A stretch of DNA of 64,000 nucleotides from the human T2T-CHM13v2.0 reference genome, Homo sapiens: assembly GCF_009914755.1 (NCBI RefSeq), contig NC_060934.1; one strand, 5' to 3'. Numbering within the stretch: the first letter of the stretch is position 1; every line of letters begins with the position of its first letter. The notes under the pieces were generated by a model. It worked only from the letters and a program-made list of their open reading frames with translations, was not told the DNA's origin and did not search any database. Below are positions 12,480 through 24,365 of this stretch, piece by piece. Both the position numbers and the translations under genes were made by a program.

Positions 12480-13063
12480 TGTTGATCTTTGCCTGAGCCT
12501 TGTGCTCCTGGAAAAGAGCCAAGGTTAAGAAATTCTGCACCCTTTTGTGTTTGGGAAATGGCTTATTGCAGACCCCCTCTCTCCATATGACTTGACAAGA
12601 TTCAGACGTCTGTCTTGTTTACCTATAAGACCAGATTCCCATTCTTTTTCTCATACGTGATTTGCTAAAATGTTGTCCTGCTGGCCAATCTGGACAAAAT
12701 GCCTGCTAATTTGACTTGCTCAAACTTAAAACCAGCTTTTCTCTTTCCTCAAGCCCCTGAACTTTGACCCACTCTTGAGCTTGTGTAACCAATGGGAGCT
12801 GAAGCAAGCATGGCAATGAGGAACAGCCCCCCTTAACAGCCCTTCTGAGAATCAGCTGACCCCAAAGAAAATTTCCTGTTCAATTGCTCGATCATGCCAC
12901 CTGCACACCCTACTTTTCACACCCAGTTATTTCTAGTTTTTTTTTACTTTTTCCCATAAAAGTCATTCTTTTCTGCCTTCACTTCAAGGTGCTTGCAGGT
13001 ATTGCAAGTCGTTTCAAATAAAATCTCCTCTTACCTAAGTCTGGGTTCATTTTTTATTTGACA
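12480..13063 (+). mobile_element. Solo ERV1-class LTR (MER89/MER90/MER31-group-like)
   Basis: tgttgatctttgcctgagccttgtgctcctggaaaa..., cccataaaag TATA-like box, AATAAA at 13017, ends tttatttgaca. Subfamily and 5' boundary are tentative. Confidence 0.65.
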
Positions 13064-13199
13064 GTAGAATATGGTTAATTCTGTTTTGAATAATAAAAGA
13101 GAGGAAAGGGAAATATGTCTTAGAAAATTCATTATAATGATAATAACAATGATATTAACCTTTTGTTTCCTTAGTTTTTACATTTCCCCAAATACTGAT

Positions 13200-14675
13200 T
13201 TATCCTTCACTGCTGTGTCACGGCCACACTTCTCAAAAGAGTTATCTGTAATTCTAATCTCTTTTCTTACTCCCTATTCTCTCTTCAACCTGCTGCTGTA
13301 TATTCTTTGCCTGTACATCCATCTATCCACTATTTCACTAAAAATCCTAGCCATTGCTACAGTGGCCACCTGCATGCCAAATCAAATAGATGCCTCTACA
13401 TCTTTATTGCTTTTCACCATTCTGGAACATTTGATACTGATGAAAATAATCCATACTTGATACTCTTCCCTTTGGTAGTTTTTTTTTATGATTTGTTTTT
13501 GTGGATCCCCTTCTTACCACTCTCTAAATGTTGGTGTTCCTAAGTTGTTCTTGTATTCTGCATGGCTCCTAGGTGACTTCATCCTTCACTTTTTTTCAAT
13601 AGTGGTGACTCCTATATCTACAACCCCAGCCCATATCTCTCCATTGAACTCTAGACCACATATCCAACTGCCTATTTGATGTAGATCCTCTTAAAGATAT
13701 CCCATTTAACCAAGGTTGTAAACTAAGCTTCTAGTCTGCACTTTATAGTTCTTATATCCCATCTTTCAACTATGTTTACTTATATACTCCATTTGTTTCT
13801 TCAATAGTCTTTTGTTGGATGTCTACCATGTGCCAGATACTCTGGTGAGTATTAGAGATAAAGTGATACATCAGAGAACATAGTTTATGCTCTTTGGGAT
13901 CTTCTAATGAAAGAGACAGACATCAAACAAATAATTACATAAGAGACTATTTAATTATAATTGTAATGAGTGCTATAAAGGAAAAGAGGAGTTTCATAAA
14001 TCACGTTATCTGAGGCATTATATATTTGTCCTACTCCCTTCTCCCGCTGTAGATTTTACCTCCTTACTATCTCACCAGTCTGTCTCCTGGGAACCTCATG
14101 GAGAACCGGCTTCCTTGGTTCAGGCCCTCCTGAGTTATTATCTGAACTGTTGCTGGGACCTTTTAAGCCTTTCTCCCTGCCTCTAGCATTGCCCCTCTTA
14201 AGTCTTCTCTTCACAATGCTTCCGCAATTAATTTGATCATGCAAGGATCCCTATCCTCTCTAACTAAATCTCTGTATATATCAATTCTAATCATGCCTTT
14301 CTCTTGCTTAAAATCTTGTGATAATTTTGTGCTATTCTTTGGGCAAAACTTAGGTGTGCCATAGCACCCCTTATGATGTTACCCACTGTCTGCCTCACCT
14401 CCTTCAGAGGGAAACTGCTTTTATGCGATACAGATTCCCACACATTTCCTTGACTGTTCCATCCTCATTGTCACCTCTAAGCATTTGTACTCCAGTCACC
14501 ATTTTTAGCACCTCTATCATAGCACTTAGTCAAATTTGAGAAAGGCCACTAGAGTATGTGATGTCTCCACCATCAGAAGACAACTTCTTGAGGGCAGGTT
14601 TTGCTTTTTCTCTATTTCCGTTGTCTGACACATGGCAGATGCTTAATAACATGGGTATTTATATAATGAATAAAG
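13200..14675 (+). mobile_element. L2 LINE fragments (pyrimidine-rich), with an opposite-strand L2 piece nested at about 13790-14000
   Basis: cacttctcaaaagagttatct...ctctccattgaactctagacc..., ending acatggcagatgcttaataa...aatgaataaa. Confidence 0.6.
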
Positions 14676-15186
14676 TTACATTAGGCCTAGATTATAAGAA
14701 AATGTTTCAACATCAGTGAAGTATTTTCACCATTGTTCACCTAGGAAGTCACAGGTTTTAGTTTTCAAAAGCAATCATAACTCTCCCAAATTATTGTCTT
14801 GGCAGGGCAGACATGGAATGTTATTTATAATTGCTTTCCAAATATAAATATGTATGTGATTATGTCTGATGCTTTTCAAGTTCCAAGTTTAGTAAAGTCC
14901 CAGTCTAAATTTACTCTTATTGCATTTTCCCTCCTTGGATTTCTCTCTTTAACACCAAAGATTTCCCTGCATGTTCTCAGGACCAACAAGTAAGGCAATG
15001 ACATATGCTATGGAGCTAAACTGAGGTAACTCAGTTTAAGAAATAAGCTTCATTATTGTTCAGGTCTCTATTGGACCAATTTTAGCTAATTATGCTTTTC
15101 TTTTTCTTGAAGACTGAATGTTCTAGTTATTATTGGTTGACCCCATTCAACCATAAAGACCTATTTAGACAAAGGTTATATATTTC

Positions 15187-15430
15187 AGAGTGTTTCAAAA
15201 AGTGATTCCCTGGACTTAGATGCACCAGAATCATCTGGAGGGCTTGTTCAGATGGAAGAATCTAAGGGTCTACTCCAGACATACTGAATTATAATTTCAG
15301 GCGGTGGTCAGGATTAGAGGCAGCCAGGTTTGCTGTATGTGCATTTTAGGTTAATGTTCTTAGCACAAGTCTGCATGCTATTAAGATTGATAGGTCATTT
15401 TGATGCACACCAAAGTTATATCCCCACTGA
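15187..15430. mobile_element. MER5-family hAT MITE (diverged)
   Basis: caccagaatcatctggagggcttgtt...ccagacatactgaatt...taggtcattttgatgcacaccaaagtt. Confidence 0.6.
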
Positions 15431-16562
15431 TACAGTGTTTAGAAGTTAGCTTCTTGGTTAAGATTAGGTTTAAATTAAGATAAAATTGTAGGTTTATATC
15501 TTAGTAATGTTATTTATTAGCTTTGGCAAATTAAGGAATTATCAAACAGATATCTCAGAATCCTGGATACCAGAGAGCAATCTTACTCCAGAGCCTGGAG
15601 CACTTGTTCACCAGGTGACACAGCCCCGGGAAAGCATTAACCTAATATGCACTCACAGCAAACCTGGCTGCCTCTAATCCTGACCATGCCCTGGTGTTTT
15701 AAGTTGTTCTTTTCCCATTTCTTTTACATTAGTTTAGTCTAAAATAACTTAGCTCATTCATTTTTATGACCAAAACATCTGGGAAAAACCAGGCATTTCT
15801 GTTGCATTTTAACAGGGTAAGTGAATTTAATTCGTATTTCCTGCAGCTGTGATTTCCCCTCCTACTGGGTTCTTCGGCATTCATTCCACACCAACACAAC
15901 ACGACTTCATCACACGGTTTTTAACAGTAAGCTTTTTTTCCCATTTTCAAGCAGCTCAGCAGGAACCTGTAATTCTACAAGGTGTGTAAGCACAAATGAG
16001 CAAGTGAGGTCTTAGTCAAGGTGACCCAGACAGTTCAAGGCCAGAGGCTGAGATTTGACAAAGAATCTTCAATAAAAAGATCCAGAACTTGCTTTTCTAC
16101 TTCTCTCATCTCCAGGTTGTCCAAATCAAATGGGTTTACTCCTTTATAAATCATCTTGGAGGAGCTCTCTGTGGTGCTGACATTACAGACATTGCTGTTT
16201 CTTTTTACTTGAAACGGTTTCTAGGAAAGGTTGGTCAAACACAGTAAAGGCTAGACCCTGCCTGATTATTAAGTTACAGTCAACTCCACTCCCCCATCAT
16301 CCTTTTACCAGTGCTTTCCATCACAGCAACACGGTTGCCTTTCCTTCTGCTATCTATTACTCTTTGGCATATACACCAGTATGTTTATGCAGTTTTTAAC
16401 TCCTTCCATTTTTTGGCAAATGATTATCCATGTCCTCCTGACTGTGTAAGTTCTCTAGGTAAGGGCTTAAATTTGTGATAATCTTTGTACAGTGCCTACC
16501 TACACAGGCAAATGGGCTTCTATAAATTACTTGGCATTGTAAACTACTAGGTGTGATTTTAG

Positions 16563-16631
16563 AAATGATCCAGACAGAGCAAGACCCTGTCTTTAAATTT
16601 TTTTTTAATTAAAAAAATAAAAATGATCCAG
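16563..16631 (+). mobile_element. Extremely 5'-truncated Alu with 11-bp TSD
   Basis: aaatgatccag [acagagcaagaccctgtct + T/A tail] aaatgatccag. Confidence 0.75.
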
Positions 16632-16879
16632 TCCGGGATTAAAACTAAAGTGATGTCAGGACCCAGGAAGTTAACATCAGTATGTAAGTGGCGGACCGTA
16701 AGAACATATGGATATAGAGGGCTGAGACCCTAACTTGGGGTCCTGACTCCATCTGAAAGACCAGAGACTCTGGTTTTTGGTACAGAATATGGCCAAGCTA
16801 AACATTTGTGATTCATATTTACTTCATGAGTCATCAGTTTGAAATCTCTAATCTAGAGGTGATATATCCAGTGACTGGA

Positions 16880-17215
16880 AACCATCCATTATGTTGGAGT
16901 CAGACCACAGAGGTTTAAAAGCTGGTTCTGCCATTTGATAGCCATATAATCTGAAACAGATTGATAAACTTCTGTGTGCCTGAGTTTGCTCTTCAGTAAA
17001 ATGGGAATAATCATACCACCTCCCTCACAAAATTATTTTCATTTTTAATTGAAAAAATACATTTAGATGGCTTAGAATAGTCCCCAAAGAAATCCAACCT
17101 CTTCACTAGGTGAGAAAATTGAAGTTCAGAGAAACTGACACATTCAGCATCATGCAGCTTACTCACAGCAGTGCTTGTATTTTGACCCAGAACATTAAAT
17201 TCCAGGTTGAGTATC
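16880..17215. mobile_element. Two adjacent MIR fragments (+ then -)
   Basis: ttggagtcagacc...ctgtgtgcctgagtttgctcttcagtaaaatgggaataat, then ggtgagaaaattgaagttcagaga...cacagc...tttgacccag. Confidence 0.65.
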
Positions 17216-17849
17216 CTTTTCTCTATATCAGTGATCTTCAACATAATTTCATTGGCAGCAGAACCTCCCTTACCTTTTGCTCCTAAAATATTACACAGAA
17301 TTCCACTGTATACAACAGATGCAAATATTTTCTGCTCTGATTGAAACAGGATTGCAGGTCTAGAGCCCCACTCATTGGTTATACCTCCATGCCACATTTC
17401 TGGCAATCCTCATGACTCTGAAGATTTTAAAGAAAACTGTGTAAACCACCATACTACAGAATTTAAAAACATAAATGAATATCTAATGACAAGATAGGCT
17501 CTGTCTTCATTGCATGTGTGAGCTTCCTTTAGCAAGGGTGTCTGTCTCTGTTGGCACTAACTCTTAAATTTTAGGTATAACAATAAAAAATGAAAGTAGA
17601 TGAATCCTTGAAAGCCATGGGAAATGATATCAACCAAAGCCCCTAACACCCATTTTGCTGTCACTTAGCAAGGAACAGAAATCATGAAGCTTATAATTTA
17701 TAGCCTTGGTTCAACATGGAATTGTTTAACATTGCCTATAACTCAAGCTTTTTCTCAGCAATTTCATAAGTCATAGTAATTACTTGGCATCCCAATGGGC
17801 AGAGAGATATGGAGATCTGCTGCCTTACAAGCCTTCCATCTTCTTTCAG

Positions 17850-18029
17850 GACATGCACATCATCAGTACAGACGAGAACCAAGTATTTGCTGCGGTCCAA
17901 GAATGGAACCAGAACGACACGTACAACCTCTACATCTCAGACACGCGTGGGATTTACTTCACTCTGGCCATGGAGAACATCAAGAGCAGCAGAGGTCTAA
18001 TGGGGAACATCATTATTGAATTGTATGAG
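17850..18029 (+). CDS. SORCS3: SORCS3 coding exon B (180 nt, phase 0-0; probably exon 9)
   Basis: ccttccatcttctttcag|GAC ATG ... TAT GAG|gtatgt. Translates DMHIISTDENQVFAAVQEWNQNDTYNLYISDTRGIYFTLAMENIKSSRGLMGNIIIELYE, with an Asp-box-like YISDTRG and an N-D-T sequon. Confidence 0.97.
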
Positions 18030-18097
18030 GTATGTAGCCAAAATTCTCCTTCCCTTGGGTCTGTCTCTCTTTTTCCTGAGTTTTAATGGTATAAACA

Positions 18098-18290
18098 CAA
18101 GCACTGGAGTTCTGGGTTCAGATTCCAGCTGTACCACTTAGCAATTGTATGACTTTGGGCAAGGGACTTCTATATGCCTCAATTCTAGTAAAATAGAGAT
18201 AAAATATTTACCAAGGAGATTATTGTGAGATGAGAGATGATGGATATACTGCATCTAGTGTAGTGGCTGACTCAACAAAGTTAGTATTCT
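18098..18290 (+). mobile_element. MIR SINE
   Basis: ctgggttcagattccagctgtaccacttagcaattgtatgactttgggcaag...gtaaaatagagataa. Confidence 0.7.
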
Positions 18291-19074
18291 TGTATGTATA
18301 AACAATTGATTACTAGACAGAAATTAAGGTATTTGGCCTAGGTGATTTTTTAAGTAGCTTTGTAAACTCTGTGTTGCTTTTGTGGACCCTGAATGGAGGG
18401 AGTGGTGCTACTTATGTGCCTTAAATTATTTGGAAAGTCCTGTTTTATGAACAAATTTTATGGGAAAATAAAAGCGAATATCAGTGGTGGGAATGAGAGT
18501 TTTTCTAAGATTCCACCAGATGCCGACATCTATGCAGGGTAAAAAACTGGCCTTGACATAAGTGTGTCACTTATATTAAGCTTGTTAAAAAGTGTGATAA
18601 CTAATTAAAGAATAATTTACTAAGAAACCAAGTGACTCCATGTAGTAACTGTAGAGAGAAAGAGAGAAAAAAAGAAACTATTTTCAGTGACCTAAAAGAT
18701 GTGGTACCTTTTATAGTGACAGTATGTGACCTTTGACAGTCCTGGACCCAGTGAAGGAACTTGACTGACCACCTGGATATGGAGGATTGAGTTGAGCAAT
18801 GAAGGTGTGTCTCATTATCCAATATTCACCAGTAACCAGTGGCCACACCCATACAGACTGTGATGGTTGAGATCATTCACAGAAAGAGATACGTTGTCTA
18901 TTCTGGGTGGTGGCCTCAGAGCTGGGTGAGCTGTTCCCTTGTGGGTTTTCCTATTGAGGAGTGGGAGTGGCTACATGCATGGGTTTCTACTTTATAGTGG
19001 TCTCCTCTAAGCAGTGCCTGTCAAAATCCCAGCAGCCCTAAATTGGTATCTAAGTTGGCTACTCAGTTACTGAG

Positions 19075-19436
19075 TGATAAGGTTTGGTTCTGTGTCCCTA
19101 CCCAAATCCCATCTGGAATTGTAGTCCCCACGTGTTGAGGGAGGGACCTAGTGGGAGGTGATTGGATCATAGGGGTAGTTTTCACATACTGTTCTCATGA
19201 TAGTGAGTGAGTTCTCACAAGAGCTGATGGTTTTAAAGTGTGGAACTTCCTCACTTCCTCTCTCTCTCCTGCCACTATGTAAGACATACCTTGCTTCCCA
19301 TTTGCTTTCCACTGTGATTGTAAGTTTCCTGAGACTTTCCCAGCCATGCGGAACTGTGAGTCAATCAAACCTCTTTTCTTCATGAATCACCCAGTCTCAT
19401 AGTATCTTTGTAGCAGTGTGAGAATGGACTAATACA
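19075..19436 (+). mobile_element. Solo THE1 (THE1D-like) MaLR LTR with perfect 5-bp TSD
   Basis: ctgag|tgataaggtttggttctgtgtccctacccaaatc...gagaatggactaataca|ctgag; 362 bp. Confidence 0.9.
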
Positions 19437-22400
19437 CTGAGAGTGGCAGAAATATTTAAGATTGCACCTGTTCTGTTAGGCAGAGAGATGATAACATAAA
19501 GGCATGGGGCAAATGAATGTACATTTTAAAAGAAGGAGTGAATGTCATTCGGTAGAAAACAAAATCGTAGAAATACCCTGATTTCCTAGAGAGTAACTGA
19601 CAAGTGCTGAAATAATTCCCTTAAACAACAAGGTCCCAGTTTTGGAAATGTTCCAGATTGTTTTACAGAGGTGTGGAGACTAGTAGAGATGACTAAGGGG
19701 AGTAAATACCTTTGGGAAGCTTACATTTCTATGCCTCTAATCATACCAGGAGGCAGAAATATAACTTTGTTATTGGACAATAAGTCACATCTTGTTTGAG
19801 GGTTTGGATTAATGTTCCCAGGACTGAGGCCATTCCAAGTTCCTGTTTGTACAAGTAAAGCCATAGAGATAAGACTGTGATTCATGTCCCTGTGATCAGA
19901 CCCAAATAGGGGTGGGTGGGCATTGCTGCAGATGACCTTGCAGTCAAGAAATTCTTGTGTCTCTGATCCTCTTGGTACAGTGGGTGAGTTTGCCACTATG
20001 CTTCTCTTATTCTAAGAAGGGGTGCCTGAAACTCCTTGGTCATTTACAACAGTGTGACACAGTGATATGGAATGAGGCATGAATCAAAATGAAGAATGTG
20101 CCCAGATCCATGCAATTTTTTTCTTTCCACTTAAGTTGGTCTTGTGTTTTCAGTCTTATTGAAGAAAAAAATGCATGGTGTCACTGCATCTATAGAGAAG
20201 ACATAACAGACAGGGCAACTTTAAAAATAAAACAGCTTTCTTGATCTTGTTTTCCATTCAATTTTAGCAGGATTGATCGCACCCCTGCTTTGTGTTCAAG
20301 CCCATGAGGAAGGCAGGAGAGTTATGACTTAGTTTTTACCTTCAGAGAGTTTGCAATCTAGTTTGTTGGGTTTTGAGGGGGTCAATAAACAAAGTTCCTT
20401 ATTTACCTGGTCAATGCTGGAACCGATTAGGACAGCAACAAAGGGCAAGACAAATGGATATCAAACACAGCTTTATTGCTTTTAAAAATTATGCACAAGG
20501 AAGTGGGATTGATAATGCTGTACCCCAGAATTGAATTCATCCATTCAGTCCCAGACAGAAATGATAAATCAAAGACTGTCTTATGGAAGCCTGTTCCTAT
20601 GACACCGCAGCACTGATGTAAAAAGGATGTGATCTGTGCAGGCAGATCCTTAAAAGAGGGGCAGGGGTATGGGGATGAGCTGTACATGCGCAGTTCTTCT
20701 TTTCAACGTTACCACTCTGACTGTCAGTCCTTTTGCCCTGGGGAGGAAATAGTGAAGAAGAAGGAGGCATTCCAAACGTAGGAATGGAATGAGCCAAGGA
20801 CTGAATGGATGGTGCTGATTTGTGAGAAAGTAAGCTAGCCAGGCTAATTGTGTGGAATAAATGCTTGTCAGGGACAAGAATGAGGGCTGGATAAATAGCT
20901 GAATTTCAGATTCTAGAAAACATGTAATACCAAGTGAATAAATTGGAACCTGATGTTATCTAGACCATGACCATACTGAAGATTTTTAGAGGGTAATGCT
21001 GTTTTGCACCTGGAGATACATTCTGTGGTTTGGAGATAAAGCTCAATTTAATTGGTCTCTAGGGGTCATTAGAATTTAACCTTCTTTACTGGAAATTCTC
21101 ACAGAAACTGTGATTATGTACCATACGGCCAGTTAGCAAAGAGACTACAACTTTTCTGGACTCCAAGTGCCCTTGAGTAATGCAACTGAGAAAAACAGTA
21201 AGTTTTCACATTCAATTCAGCTAAATTAGCACACTTTTATGGAGTGTATTTTGTTTGATGATGTTAGGACTGGTGCATGAGATTCATAATTACTGGAATG
21301 ATACAAGTGACTCTATTAGGGTAATTATCACAGTCTAACTTGTATTAGAGGTGTGATTCCACCAGGTTGTGGAGTTACAAAAGAATAATTCTAACTTGAG
21401 TAATTTGGAGAGACTTATAGATGAGTTTGGCTTAATTATAGACAAATTGTTGGAAATAAGAAGAGAACCAGAGTCGAATGAGTAGGGATCCTATTTTATG
21501 AAATGTTGAGTGGCCTTGTGGAGCAGTGGGGATGAAGATTGTAAATATACTGGTAAAAAGCTGACTGAAGATTCAGGCATTTATGCTATGGGCTAGTATT
21601 TCTTTATCTTTTTTCCCCTCATATTTACATACCCAGAAAATATTCGCACGTGTGATGTAGTCCCTTGTGCCAGGTTAATTTGTAACTTTATATTAGAATA
21701 GGACATTACACCTGTTTCCCCTTGACTCAAAGGTTCAGAGATGTCTTTAGGTAATTTTCAGATATCAGGTAGCTTGGGCTGACCTTGCCCACTTAAGCCA
21801 CAGGTATATCACTCCATCTTCTGCATGGACCTCTGAAGCTTCTTCTTGGTAATGGAGAGGAGACAAAGAAAGCAAGAACTTATTTGGAAATTCCCCTTGC
21901 AAGCCTTGGCACTGAAAAATCCTTGGACCAATGGAGATCAACCCCACTGAACTCCCCAAAATCTAACAAGGCTGAGATAATTTCCATTTCAAATCTGTTG
22001 GAGTTGTCTCCTGCTGTAGAGAGATTCTCCTGCTTGTTCTTTCTCAAATTCCTGCTTCAAAGTACAATGTTGTCATGACTATAATTACATAATTAGGGGA
22101 GAAAATAACACTTGAAGGCCAAGTAATAATCTATCTCTTCTTTGAGATGTCAAGCCGACTCCTTCAAAACAAGGCTGGTATTGACAGCGAATGTAGCCTA
22201 TTGTGTGTACTTACCATTATTCTCGTAACACTCTTTTCATATAGAGCTCTATTGCAGTGTCTTCACATCCCCAGCTATAAACTACATTTCTTTTTAATTA
22301 CTCTCCCTAATAAATCAAGAAACAAATATTCTTTCCAACACCCGCAGTTATACTATGGCAGCATTCTCTGAGCTGCCGGTGTGATACATTTTCTTCAATG

Positions 22401-22475
22401 CTCTCCTGGATATTTTGCATCTAACTTATAACTCCTTACAATAATAACCACAGCATACCTGGCAATGCTTTAGAC

Positions 22476-22987
22476 CAGCACTGTCAAATACATACATAAG
22501 GTGAGCTACATACACACTTCCACATTTCTGCTTCCCACATTTTATAAAGTAAAAAACAAACAGACAAAATTAATTTTAATAATATTTTTTATTTAAACAA
22601 AGTATCTAAAATGTCATTTCAGTATACGTTCAATGTAAACAATTATTTAGTTATTTTATATTTTTCCATACTAATTTTCATAATAAGTCTGCAAAATCCT
22701 GGATGTATTTTACATGTCCCATGAATCTCAATTTATATGCTAAATTTTCACCAGAAATACTTGATCGGTATTTAACATTTCATAAATTTACAGTAAAAAA
22801 AGAAGATTCACATACCCAAGTTATTCTCAACAAACTTAAAAGTTTGCCAATAACTGAAATGGGTATCAGTTCTTCAATTCAAATTTCTATGGGTTAAAAT
22901 GAAATAAAATTAAAAATTAGTTTCTTCGTTCCCGTAGCCACATTTCAAGCCATATGTGGCCAGTGGCTACTGTTTTGGATTGCACAG
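22476..22987. mobile_element. Charlie1/MER33-family hAT DNA transposon derivative
   Basis: cagcactgtcaaata...atgctaaattttcaccagaaatacttgatc...tagccacatttcaag...tgtggccagtggctactgttttggattgcacag; the termini are TIR-like. Confidence 0.75.
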
Positions 22988-23169
22988 TCGTAAACAACTT
23001 ATATATTTTTTTCTTATTTATCTCTCACAATATCACATTCTTCATTGTGCCTGTGAGATTACAGAGATGCAGAGAATTTAGTGGCTTGGCTCTGATCACA
23101 CAGCTAGTGGTGCTACATTTTCAAGAAATCCACGTCTGCTTGACAAACCACTTAGGCTTTTCTCACTAT

Positions 23170-23873
23170 TAATTTTTTTTTGCATTTTTATGGAGGTATA
23201 ATTTATGTATAGTAAAATTTACCCTTTTAGTATAAGTTCTGTGAGTTTTGATTTGTGCATTCTGGTGTGTAAATTGTGCACAAATCACAATCAAGACATA
23301 GAACAGTTCCATTACCCCAAATATTCCCTTATTGCCCTTTTGTAGTCCACCCTTCTCTACCCCAAAGTCACCGACAAACACATACCTGCCCTCTCTTTGT
23401 CTTTAGTTTTGCCTTTCCTAGAGGGTGAGTAAATGGAATTATACAGTAGGTAACCTTTTCAGTCTGACTTTTTTTTGCTTAGAATAATGCATTTGAGATT
23501 CACCCACATTGTTGAATATATTGGTTCCTTCTGTTTCTGAGCAGCATTCTGTTGTGTGATGTGACAGAGGTTGTTTTTCAATCACCAGCTGAAGACCATT
23601 TAGGTTACTTTTTAAAATTTTGTGTGATTATGAATAAAATATCTATAAACATTCTCTTGACCATAAATTTTTATTTCTCATGGGTAAATACTTAGGAGTA
23701 GGATTGCTGAGTTGAATGTAAGTATATGTTTATAAGAAGCCACCAAATTATTCCAAAAGTGGCTGTGGGATTTTGCATTTCCACCAGCAAGGTATGAGAG
23801 TAGCAGTTGCTTCATATCTTCAGCAACACTTGCTTGGTTTGACAGAGAGAGAGGAGAGAGAGAGAGAGTGTGT

Positions 23874-23910
<37 letters not shown>

Positions 23911-23985
23911 TAGCTGTTCCGATGGGGATTTAGTGGTAACTCATCGCAGGTGTGATTTGCTTTTCTTCAGTGACTAAATAACTGG
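23170..23985 (-). mobile_element. Old L1 (L1MB/MC-type) 3' UTR, antisense
   Basis: T-rich start; gaggtataatt...acaatcaagacatagaacagttccattacccc...taggagtaggattgctgag...tttccaccagcaaggtatgagag. Confidence 0.8.
23843..23907. repeat. Compound (GA)n(TG)n microsatellite
   Basis: agagagagaggagagagagagagagtgtgtgtgtatgtgtgtg... Confidence 0.95.
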
Positions 23986-24021
23986 ACCCAGTATACCTGG
24001 ATGGATAAAATGAAACTTCGA

Positions 24022-24365
<344 letters not shown>

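Noticed and set aside
13071-13460. 129-aa hydrophobic ORF resembling a membrane protein
   Set aside because: It derives from T-rich L2 and low-complexity sequence, so the hydrophobicity is compositional.
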